A DNA stretch of 64,000 nucleotides from an uncultured Gemmatimonadaceae bacterium. GTDB lineage: Bacteria > Gemmatimonadota > Gemmatimonadetes > Gemmatimonadales > Gemmatimonadaceae. Numbering within the stretch: the first letter of the stretch is position 1; every line of letters begins with the position of its first letter. A program made the translations under genes and the position numbers. The notes under the pieces are model-generated. The model did not search any database. It was given only the letters and a program-made list of their open reading frames with translations, and had not been told where the DNA came from. This document shows positions 45,072 to 53,958 of the stretch, one piece after another. The stretch is from the NCBI GenBank assembly GCA_963843845.1, contig CAWJMB010000002.1:1472001-1536000 (forward strand), read 5' to 3'.

Positions 45072-45758
45072 ATGAAGTTCACCACGAAGGCTCTCGGGGC
45101 GCTGGTTGCAGCGGCCGCGGTTGCCGGTCAGGCAGGGGCGCAGGTCGTCGTCGATTTCACGACGTCTGGCACGTTCTACATCGGTGGCGTCGCGCAGGGG
45201 TCGTCGGCGACGTTCGGGAACATCATCCTTTCGTACGCGGCGCCGGCGGTTGGCGTCGTGACGACGCCGTCGAACACGAGCCTTGGCGAGATCACGGCGG
45301 CGTGCGTCGGGGGCGGTACGGCGTGCGGGCTGTCGTCGCTTCCGGCGGCGGGTCTGACGCTGCAGGTCGCGGTCACGCAGACGCTGCCGTTCGGCTCGAT
45401 GGCGACGGTGCTGCCGACGCTGACGTTCGGCTCGGTCGGTTTCGGTGGCGTCTTCACGCCGGGCACTGGCGCGATCGGTGGCACGCAGAGCACGGTGACG
45501 GCGAACACGTCGACCACGCCGATCATCTTCTCCAATACGAACGCTTCGGGTACGACGCAGACGTCGTATGCGTTCAGCAACACCAACTACGACATCGTTC
45601 CGCCCTCGACGAACGGTGGCGTGACGTCGCTGCAGGGCCGTGTGGCAGCGCAGTTCACGCCGGCGTCGACGGTTCCGGAGCCTGCGAGCGTTGCGCTCAT
45701 GGCGACGGGGCTCGTGGCGATGGGCGGTTTCGGCCTCCGCCGTCGCCGCTCGGTCTGA
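45072..45758 (+). CDS. PEP-CTERM sorting-domain surface protein
   Basis: Signal peptide MKFTTKALGALVAAAAVAGQAGA; C-terminus VPEPASVALMATGLVAMGGFGLRRRRSV; RBS GGAGG. Confidence 0.92.
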   Translation: MKFTTKALGALVAAAAVAGQAGAQVVVDFTTSGTFYIGGVAQGSSATFGNIILSYAAPAVGVVTTPSNTSLGEITAACVGGGTACGLSSLPAAGLTLQVAVTQTLPFGSMATVLPTLTFGSVGFGGVFTPGTGAIGGTQSTVTANTSTTPIIFSNTNASGTTQTSYAFSNTNYDIVPPSTNGGVTSLQGRVAAQFTPASTVPEPASVALMATGLVAMGGFGLRRRRSV

Positions 45759-45783
45759 TCGCTCGCTAGGTCCATGAACGTGG

Positions 45784-45817
45784 ACGGTGCCGCACGTCGA
45801 GCGACGTGCGGCACCGT
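45784..45817 (+). terminator. Hairpin after the first PEP-CTERM gene
   Basis: ACGGTGCCGCACGTCG-AG-CGACGTGCGGCACCGT followed by TTC. Confidence 0.65.
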
Positions 45818-46013
45818 TTCGCGTTCCGCGCGTGCGGTATCTGGGAAGACCATGTGCCGCAACGGCATTTGCGTGATGCAGCCGACGCTCTGGCGCAAAT
45901 CGTGTATGGAGCGTATAGTGTGGCCGTAGAATCTGACACGTGACGTCACGGGTCGCGTGAGCACGAAGCCGTTTCCGTAGTAGAGCCTCACCCTCTTGCT
46001 GGATGGAGCGCAG

Positions 46014-46685
46014 ATGCGCGTATCTCGTCTCATGCTCGGCCTCGCCCTCGCCGCCGGTGTAACGGTCGCGAGCCGGGCCGATGCTCAGCTCAATGTGTCC
46101 TTCTCGACGTCGGGCATCTTCTACCTCTCAGGCGTGGCTCAGGGGTCGAGCTTCACCTTCGGTGGACTCTCGCTGACGTACAACGGCGTCACGACCAATG
46201 GGTTCGTGACGACGCCGACCAACACCAACCTCGGCGAGATCACGGCGGCGTGTGTCGGTGGCGGTGCTGCGTGCGCCACGGCATCGCTGCCGGCGGCGCT
46301 CACGCTGCAGATCGCGGTCGCGCAGACCGTTCCCTTCGCCAGCGGCCCGTCGCTGCTACCGACGCTGTCGTTCGGCCCGAGCTTCCTCGGAACGAGCGCT
46401 GGGTTGAGCGGCAATCAGAGCACCATCACCGGGACGACGACGACGACGCCGGTGCTGTTCATCGACCGGCCGACGACGACGGCGGTGTCGTATCAGTTCA
46501 GCAACACGACCTACGACATCGTCCCGCCGTCGACGAACGGTGGCGTGACGACGTTGCAGGGTCGTGTCGATGCCGACGTGAACTTCACGGGTCAGGTCGT
46601 GCCGGAGCCGTCGAGCATCGCGCTGATGGCTGGCGGACTGCTCAGCCTCGCTGGCGTCGCGGCACGCCGCCGTCGTCAGGTCTGA
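46014..46685 (+). CDS. PEP-CTERM sorting-domain surface protein (paralog of 45072..45758)
   Basis: Signal peptide ...ASRADA; C-terminus [28 protein letters not shown]. Confidence 0.92.
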   Translation: MRVSRLMLGLALAAGVTVASRADAQLNVSFSTSGIFYLSGVAQGSSFTFGGLSLTYNGVTTNGFVTTPTNTNLGEITAACVGGGAACATASLPAALTLQIAVAQTVPFASGPSLLPTLSFGPSFLGTSAGLSGNQSTITGTTTTTPVLFIDRPTTTAVSYQFSNTTYDIVPPSTNGGVTTLQGRVDADVNFTGQVVPEPSSIALMAGGLLSLAGVAARRRRQV

Positions 46686-46709
46686 TCGGCGGTCGCATCA
46701 CGCGCGCCT

Positions 46710-46742
46710 CGGCGCCGCTCGTCCTCGGGACGAGCGGCGCCG
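46710..46742 (+). terminator. Hairpin after the second PEP-CTERM gene
   Basis: CGGCGCCGCTCGTCC-TCG-GGACGAGCGGCGCCG. Confidence 0.6.
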
Positions 46743-46789
46743 CTGTCGTTTCAGGGCCGGAGCCACGTATCTCCAAGCCTTGGATCGAC

Positions 46790-46818
46790 TTGACCCGCTT
46801 CCTCAGGCTGGCTATGTT
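46790..46818 (+). promoter_or_regulatory. Sigma70-type promoter of rpsL
   Basis: TTGACC-17 nt-TATGTT. Confidence 0.6.
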
Positions 46819-46878
46819 GCCAGGTCTGAGGCGCCCAGGCTCTGGGCGCTAGAATCTGTTGTCGATCCATCGCATTTC

Positions 46879-47752
<874 letters not shown>

Positions 47753-47773
47753 GCGACGCGATCATCGATACAC

Positions 47774-47802
47774 GAAGGGGCGCCCGACTCGGGCGCCCCT
47801 TC
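47774..47802. terminator. Probably bidirectional terminator after rpsG
   Basis: GAAGGGGCGCCC-GACTC-GGGCGCCCCTTC between convergent genes. Confidence 0.7.
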
Positions 47803-47823
47803 TGTGTCTCCGGTGGTGCCGGC

Positions 47824-48666
47824 CTATCTGCGTCGGCGCCGCGCGACCGTGACGAGCACGACGAGCCCACCGCCGACGAGTGCAAGCGTGGCCGGCTCGG
47901 GAACGGCGGAGACGTTGACAGCGAGGACGAAATCGTTGAAGTCGCCGTCGCTGTAGTAGCGATTGTCCTCGAACCCGAGGAGGAACGAGCGATTGTTCGG
48001 CGACACACCCGCAGGCGACGTGAGACCGTTCACGTCCCACTGCGCCGGGGTCGGCTCTCTGCCGGACTGCGGGTCGAGGATGTTCGTCTGATCGCCGACC
48101 GGCCCGAGCCCGGGAAATACCAGACTGAACGCCGGGGACACCCGTCCGGCCTGATCGTATCGGCTCGTTGCACTCGCGCCGTATCCCGAGATGATCCAGA
48201 CGGGCTGCGTGACCGTCGGATTCGCGAAGTCGATCACTTCGTTCACGAGCAGGCCGAAGTAGAGCGAGCTCGACCCGACGAAGCTCCACGGCAGCATCAC
48301 CCACGGGTTCGACGTCGTGAGCTGACCGCTCACCGGCTTCGATCCGAGAAGGACGTTCGACGTCGCGAGCGGGTTCGACGGATCCGGGGCGCTCTCGAAC
48401 GCGTAGAGCGATCCGCTGAAATACGAGAGTCCGCCGAGTGGCGACGCGTACACCTGAATCGGGGACAGCGGGGCAAATCCGACGGCCGATCCGGACGGCG
48501 TGGCTTGCGCGGGCGTCGGCAGAATCAGGCAGACGCCGACGGCGGCATCCGCGGCGCTACACGCCTGGGCAGCCGTCTGGCGTGGAAGCGCGAGCGACAA
48601 GACGGCCATCGAGACCGGCGCGAGCGCGCGACGCATTGCCGAGATCGGGTGAGGCAGCATCGACAT
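47824..48666 (-). CDS. PEP-CTERM protein with DUF4114-like acidic motif
   Basis: Signal-like N-terminus; LGFEDNRYYSDGDFNDFV; end VPEPATLALVGGGLVVLVTVARRRRR. Confidence 0.88.
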   Translation of the reverse strand: MSMLPHPISAMRRALAPVSMAVLSLALPRQTAAQACSAADAAVGVCLILPTPAQATPSGSAVGFAPLSPIQVYASPLGGLSYFSGSLYAFESAPDPSNPLATSNVLLGSKPVSGQLTTSNPWVMLPWSFVGSSSLYFGLLVNEVIDFANPTVTQPVWIISGYGASATSRYDQAGRVSPAFSLVFPGLGPVGDQTNILDPQSGREPTPAQWDVNGLTSPAGVSPNNRSFLLGFEDNRYYSDGDFNDFVLAVNVSAVPEPATLALVGGGLVVLVTVARRRRR

Positions 48667-48812
48667 CTCTTCGGAAGGGGATGACGGGAGGACGCTGCTG
48701 ACGCGGCGGAATCCGCAGAGATGGTCGGGCAAGCCGGATGCCGACGGTGGCGGTCGACGAGACCGATGAGTGTCAGCCACGCATTTCCCTGAACATATCT
48801 TCCTGGTCTACG

Positions 48813-50618
48813 TCACGAAGCAGGACACAGGATCGCGACGCTGTCGGGCGCCGCGCGGCGGATGTTCGGCACGGTCACTTCGTCCAGGATCCGGTCGCGG
48901 GCGCCGACCACGCGTACGCGGAGCACGTGATGGCACCGCTGCGCCCCGGTGCCGCCGAGCACCGCCGTGGTGACGAACGTGCCATCCGCAGCGAGAAGCG
49001 CGTCGGACTGCCGGTACCAGCGGTTCGTGAGCACGTCGACAGTGACGCGCATTCCGTCTGTCGAGTTCTCGACGCGCCCGCGCACGGTCGCGCGCGGCTC
49101 TCGCCCGGCCGAGATGACCGTGCCGTTGGCGAGCGGCGTGTCGACGATCAGGCGAGCCGAGCCCGGGGGACGCGATACTGGTGGAGCGACGCGCTCGAAC
49201 ACCTGCGCGACTTCGCTCGTGGACGGCTGATCCGCCTGATGGCGGAGCACGTAGCGGCCGCCGAGCCGTGGATCGACCGCACGACGGAGAGCGAGTGCAG
49301 CCGGCGCCGCGTTCCCGTCGAACACGAGGTAATCGAAGTAGCCGTCGGCGACTGCCGCCGCGTACGCGTCGTCGCCTCGGAGCCCGCGGTACTGAAACCA
49401 GTACAGGTCGGTCATCGCGTCCTGCGGAATCACATCGCTCAAGGCGTACCGGAGCGCGGCGTCGTCGATGAGCAGGCGCTGGCCACGGAACAGTCGCGGC
49501 TCGAGATAGTCCGCGACGCCCTGCGTATTCGGCCAGCGAAACGGAAGCCCACGGGCGTCGCGAACGAGTCCCTGCTGACCGAGCAGGTGGACGGTGAACG
49601 CGAGCACGGCGGTGAGGAGCGCCACGAGGCGATCGTCGTCGCGCACGACACGTCGCATCGTACGCAGCGCGCCCGACGCGGCGAGTGGAAACAGCACGAT
49701 CATCGGGTACGCCGCGTGCTTCCACGTGTGATAATCGAGGCGCCGCGCGACGTGTGCTGCGGCGAACGATCCGGCGATCGCGACCGCGACCACAGCGAGC
49801 CGTCGTGATCTCGCCCCGCCGCGCGCGGCCTCGACCGCTGCGAACGCGCCCACGACCCACAGGTCTAGGCGCTCCGTGACGTAAATGCGCACGAGCGCAT
49901 CCGGGGGCGCGCGAAAGGCGTCGAACGACTGCACGAAGGCGAGCAGGGCGAGCAGCGTGTCCCTGTAGATGATTGCGTAGAGCAGCACCAGCGCCGAGAG
50001 CGCCGCAGCGAACGCGACGCCTCGCCAGCGGCCGGCGATCATCGACGCGACGCAGATCGCCGGGAGCATCGACGCGAGCGGATGCTTCACGGTGAAGAAC
50101 GCGAAGCACGCGACAGCGGCGCAGCACCACAGCGCGGTCACGCCAGTCTGCCAGCTCCGGACGAGCAGTAGCAGCGCGAGTACGACGAGTGGAACGGCCG
50201 CTGCGTCGTGCGTCGCGATCCTCGCCGTCAGAATCGTCGGCATCGAGGCGGCGAAGAGCGCCGCGGCGACGAGGCCGGCCGCGGTGCCGAACAGGCGCCT
50301 GCCTAACGCGAACGTCGCGTACGTCGCCGCGGTGCCCAGCGCCCCGGCGAGGATGCGTACCGCCGCCAATCCTCCGACGCGATCGGCGAGTGCCGACGCC
50401 ACGGGCCAGAGATACCAGCCGAACGCGGTCCGCATGTAAATGTCCACGTCCGCCGCGCGGGCGAGCACACTGCGGCCCATCAGGATCATGAAGCTCTCGT
50501 CCTCGAACGCCGTGTTGAACGCCGGCGTGCCGGCACGCAGCCAGAATGCGGCGACGAGGATCGCGAGCAGACAGGCGTTGGCGACGGTCGATTCCTTCCG
50601 CTGGTGCGACGTCGTCAT
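48813..50618 (-). CDS. GT-C fold glycosyltransferase (ArnT/PMT-like) with C-terminal beta domain
   Basis: First-loop FEDE acidic motif, about 11 TM segments, ARIATHD, GYFDYLV; paralogous to 52423..53958. Confidence 0.75.
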   Translation of the reverse strand: MTTSHQRKESTVANACLLAILVAAFWLRAGTPAFNTAFEDESFMILMGRSVLARAADVDIYMRTAFGWYLWPVASALADRVGGLAAVRILAGALGTAATYATFALGRRLFGTAAGLVAAALFAASMPTILTARIATHDAAAVPLVVLALLLLVRSWQTGVTALWCCAAVACFAFFTVKHPLASMLPAICVASMIAGRWRGVAFAAALSALVLLYAIIYRDTLLALLAFVQSFDAFRAPPDALVRIYVTERLDLWVVGAFAAVEAARGGARSRRLAVVAVAIAGSFAAAHVARRLDYHTWKHAAYPMIVLFPLAASGALRTMRRVVRDDDRLVALLTAVLAFTVHLLGQQGLVRDARGLPFRWPNTQGVADYLEPRLFRGQRLLIDDAALRYALSDVIPQDAMTDLYWFQYRGLRGDDAYAAAVADGYFDYLVFDGNAAPAALALRRAVDPRLGGRYVLRHQADQPSTSEVAQVFERVAPPVSRPPGSARLIVDTPLANGTVISAGREPRATVRGRVENSTDGMRVTVDVLTNRWYRQSDALLAADGTFVTTAVLGGTGAQRCHHVLRVRVVGARDRILDEVTVPNIRRAAPDSVAILCPAS

Positions 50619-51301
50619 GGCGCGACGCCTTCGGGCCGGACCGCGACGAGCAGCTCGTGGGCGTAGACGAGGCGCCGCGTATTCTCACGCGCGACGATCG
50701 TGAATCCGGCGTCGTGTAGCGCCGCCGCGACGTCGCCGATCGGGACGTAGTGAATCCACTGGCGCGATAGGATGAGGTCGTGCGCGCGGTTGGCGATCGC
50801 CGCGATCAGCGGGCGCCGCGCCATGTCCTTGTAGATCAGGCGACCACCCGGCGCGACACACGCCGCCGCGCGGCGGACGAGCGCGATCTGGTTCTCCGGG
50901 CGCACGTGATGCAAGACGTCGACGAGAGTCACGACGTCGAACCCTCTCGCCGGGAGCGCGCCGCCCGACGGCACGGACTCGAACGCGATCGCCGCGGCGC
51001 CCTGGGGCACGATCGTGGCGAGCCGACGCGCCATGCGCCGTGCACAGCCGACGGCAGTCTCCGATGGATCGAGGCCGAGCCCGGAGGCGATCGCACGTCG
51101 GGCGGCGAGGAGGCCGAGCAGCAAGCCGCTGCCGCACCCCACATCGAGGAGCGACGCACCGCTCGGCACGTGTGCGATGATGCGCTCGAACGGAGCGATG
51201 TGGGTCCTCCATCGCGCGAGCCGGGCTCGGAACGAGCCATCGCCGTGATACAACGATTCGGCGACGGCCGATAGCGAGGCGGGTGTCGCGTCAGGGTACA
51301 T
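50615..51301 (-). CDS. Class I SAM-dependent methyltransferase
   Basis: LLDVGCGSG, GLDPS, FDVVTLVDVLHHV, PGGRLIYKD. Confidence 0.88.
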   Translation of the reverse strand: MYPDATPASLSAVAESLYHGDGSFRARLARWRTHIAPFERIIAHVPSGASLLDVGCGSGLLLGLLAARRAIASGLGLDPSETAVGCARRMARRLATIVPQGAAAIAFESVPSGGALPARGFDVVTLVDVLHHVRPENQIALVRRAAACVAPGGRLIYKDMARRPLIAAIANRAHDLILSRQWIHYVPIGDVAAALHDAGFTIVARENTRRLVYAHELLVAVRPEGVAP

Positions 51302-51464
51302 GACGAGGAAGCGGTGGCAAACCGGGGGAGCGACGGCCAGTCCGACGTTGCCCGCATGCGGGAACGCTCCCAATGTACGGGTGCCGCGACATGGGCCGTG
51401 ATCCTGATCGGCGACGACAATCCAGTCGGCGCGGCGATCGCCCGTCGCGTTCCTCTTCTTCACC

Positions 51465-52421
51465 TTGCCCAGCCACGTGGAGCGATCCGCCCGACTCGTG
51501 CCGATTCGTTCCACGACGAGCGCGCCGAACACGTTCGGCGCGCTCGTTCGCGCCGCGAGGCCGGTGCACTGGGGGAAGAACCTGCTCCTGCTCGTGCCGG
51601 CATTCACCGCGCACGAATGGCGGCACGCGCCCGCAGTTGGCTCCGCACTGTTCGGTGTGCTCGTGTTCTCGCTCGTCGCGTCGGCGACCTATCTGGTGAA
51701 CGACGTGCTCGATGCTCCGGCGGACCGGCTGCATCCGCGGAAGTGCGGCCGGCCGATCGCGTCGGGCGCGGTACCGGCGCGGCTCGCCATGAGCATGGCA
51801 GTGATTCTCGTCGCGGTCGCCGCCGCGGCGACGATCGCGGCGGTGCCGCAGATGCTTTCGACGTTAGGCGTCTACGCGCTGCTCATGACCGCCTACTCCC
51901 TAGTGCTCAAGCGGCTCGTGGTGCTCGATGTCGTCGTGCTCGCGATCGGCTACACGCTGCGACTCGCAGCAGGCGCCGCGGCGGTCCGCGTCGCGCTGTC
52001 TCCGTGGCTCGCCGCGTTCTCGCTGTTCGTCTTCCTCAGTCTCGCACTCCTGAAGCGAGCGTCGGAGCTGCGCGGCGCGGCCACGAGCGCCGGGTCGGGG
52101 TGGACGGACGGCGGACGACTCCGCGGGCGCGGGTACGAGACCGGTGACGCGGACACGGTCACCACACTCGGGGTCGCGACGTCCAGCATCGCAGTCCTCG
52201 TCCTCGCGCTGTACGTGAACGCACCGGAAGTGAGCGCACTGTATCGCCGTCCGCACGTGCTCTGGCTGCTGTGTCCCACGGTCGCATACTGGCAGTTCCG
52301 GTTCTGGATCCTCGCACGCCGCGGCGTCGTGCAGGACGACCCGGTCCTCTTCGCGCTGCGCGACCCACCGAGCCTGTGCGTACTCGCGACGTGCGTGGCG
52401 CTCGTACTGATCGCGCTGTGA
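51465..52421 (+). CDS. UbiA-family polyprenyl-phosphate phosphoribosyltransferase (DPPR-synthase/Rv3806c-like)
   Basis: RPVHWGKNLL, YLVNDVLDAPADRLHPRK..RPIASG, YSLVLKR..VLDV, ALLKR..EL, DDPVLFALRD; start uncertain. Confidence 0.85.
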   Translation: MPSHVERSARLVPIRSTTSAPNTFGALVRAARPVHWGKNLLLLVPAFTAHEWRHAPAVGSALFGVLVFSLVASATYLVNDVLDAPADRLHPRKCGRPIASGAVPARLAMSMAVILVAVAAAATIAAVPQMLSTLGVYALLMTAYSLVLKRLVVLDVVVLAIGYTLRLAAGAAAVRVALSPWLAAFSLFVFLSLALLKRASELRGAATSAGSGWTDGGRLRGRGYETGDADTVTTLGVATSSIAVLVLALYVNAPEVSALYRRPHVLWLLCPTVAYWQFRFWILARRGVVQDDPVLFALRDPPSLCVLATCVALVLIAL

Positions 52422-52422
52422 C

Positions 52423-53958
52423 GTGAGATCGGCGGAGACTCCGGCCTGGGAGAGGCGAGCCGCGGTCGGCATCGCGTTAGGCGCCATCGGCGCGATGCAG
52501 TGGACGATCGTCTCCCGCCTTCACAATGCGGCGTTCGTCGACGAGGCCACGTACATCGTCGCGGGCCGCCTGCAACATGCCGCCGACCGAGCGGGTGCGC
52601 TGCCGAACTTCTCGGCGTACTTCTCCGGCGCGCCGGCGCTCTACCCGCCGCTCGCCGCGTGGGCCGATCGACTGGGCGGGCTCGACGGGGCGCGACTGCT
52701 CAACCTCGTCCTCGTGTGGGTCGCCACGCTCGCCGTGTACGCAGTCGGCCGCCGGGTATTCCGCGATCGCGTGGCCGGCGTGCTCGGCGCAGCCGTCTTC
52801 GCCGTCCAGGCGCCGGTGCTGTTCATCGCGCGCATCGCGACGGTCGACGCGCCGAGCGTCGCCGCGTTGGGCCTCGCGCTCGCCGTCGCGCTCGGCGGGC
52901 GGACTGAGCGCGAGCGCGCGCTGTTCGCGTCGCTGGGCGGCGCGCTCGCGGGGCTCGCGGTCGGCTTCAAGTACGCAGCGCTGCTCTACCTGCCGAGCCT
53001 CGTCGTGGTCGTCGCGCTCGCGCCAGGTGGACGTTCGAAGGCCGTGTGCTCACGAGGCCTTCTCGTTCTCGTCGGCACCCTGGTCGCGTGCGGCGCCGTG
53101 GTCGCGTTCGGCGGGCGAGAGCTGATCGACGGGTTCATCTCGACGACCGCGACCCGCCTCGCGCCGAGCGGTGGGAGTGTCGTCGACATCCTGCGCTTCG
53201 CGGCGACGCTTGGGGGGGCGGCCGCGCTCGTGGCGTTGCCGGCGCTGCTCCTATCCTCGCCGGTGAGCGTCGTGACGCGCGTCGTGCTCTTCGCCACCGC
53301 GTTCCTCGCGCCGATGTACCATGCGCGGCTGCACGAGTTCACATCGCTGCACAAGCACGTCGCGTTCGGGGCGCTCTTCCTCGCCCCGCTCGCCGGCGGC
53401 TCTCTGGGGGCTGGTGTGAAGTGGATGGTGGCGCAGTGGCGACGCGGGCACGGCATGTTCGCGTCTGGAGTCGCCGCGGCGGTCGCGCTCCTCTCCTACC
53501 GTAGCGTGCTCCGCCCCTCCGTCGTCTGGGCCGAGCGGCTCTACGCGTACGCGCCGCAGCCGGCCGGCGTCGCTCGGTTGGCGGTGCGGTCGTTCGTCAC
53601 ACGCGATTCGCACATCCTCGACGAAGAACCCGACCTCGGCGCGTTCTATCTGCCCGAGACGGCGTACGCGCAATGGTCGCATCCGTACGACTTCGTGTAT
53701 CACGCGAGCGACGGACGCTCGTTGCGAGGGAGGGAGGGGCACCTCGAAGCCGTGCGCGCGGGGTACTTCGACGTCGTGCTGCTGCGATACGGGCCGCAGC
53801 GAGCGTGGGCACGGGCGGTCGAAGCCGAACTCCTCGCGTCGCAGCCACGCTATCGGCTCGCGCGACGGTTTCCCTTCACGCTCGACGACGGGGCCGGTCA
53901 CTTCGAGTTGTGGGTCCGGAGCGACTCGGCTAGAACGCGTGACGAACACCGACGCTGA
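52423..53958 (+). CDS. GT-C fold glycosyltransferase (ArnT/PMT-like)
   Basis: FVDEATY motif, YPPL, ARIATVD, FKYA, multi-TM, GYFDVVL. Confidence 0.78.
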   Translation: MRSAETPAWERRAAVGIALGAIGAMQWTIVSRLHNAAFVDEATYIVAGRLQHAADRAGALPNFSAYFSGAPALYPPLAAWADRLGGLDGARLLNLVLVWVATLAVYAVGRRVFRDRVAGVLGAAVFAVQAPVLFIARIATVDAPSVAALGLALAVALGGRTERERALFASLGGALAGLAVGFKYAALLYLPSLVVVVALAPGGRSKAVCSRGLLVLVGTLVACGAVVAFGGRELIDGFISTTATRLAPSGGSVVDILRFAATLGGAAALVALPALLLSSPVSVVTRVVLFATAFLAPMYHARLHEFTSLHKHVAFGALFLAPLAGGSLGAGVKWMVAQWRRGHGMFASGVAAAVALLSYRSVLRPSVVWAERLYAYAPQPAGVARLAVRSFVTRDSHILDEEPDLGAFYLPETAYAQWSHPYDFVYHASDGRSLRGREGHLEAVRAGYFDVVLLRYGPQRAWARAVEAELLASQPRYRLARRFPFTLDDGAGHFELWVRSDSARTRDEHRR

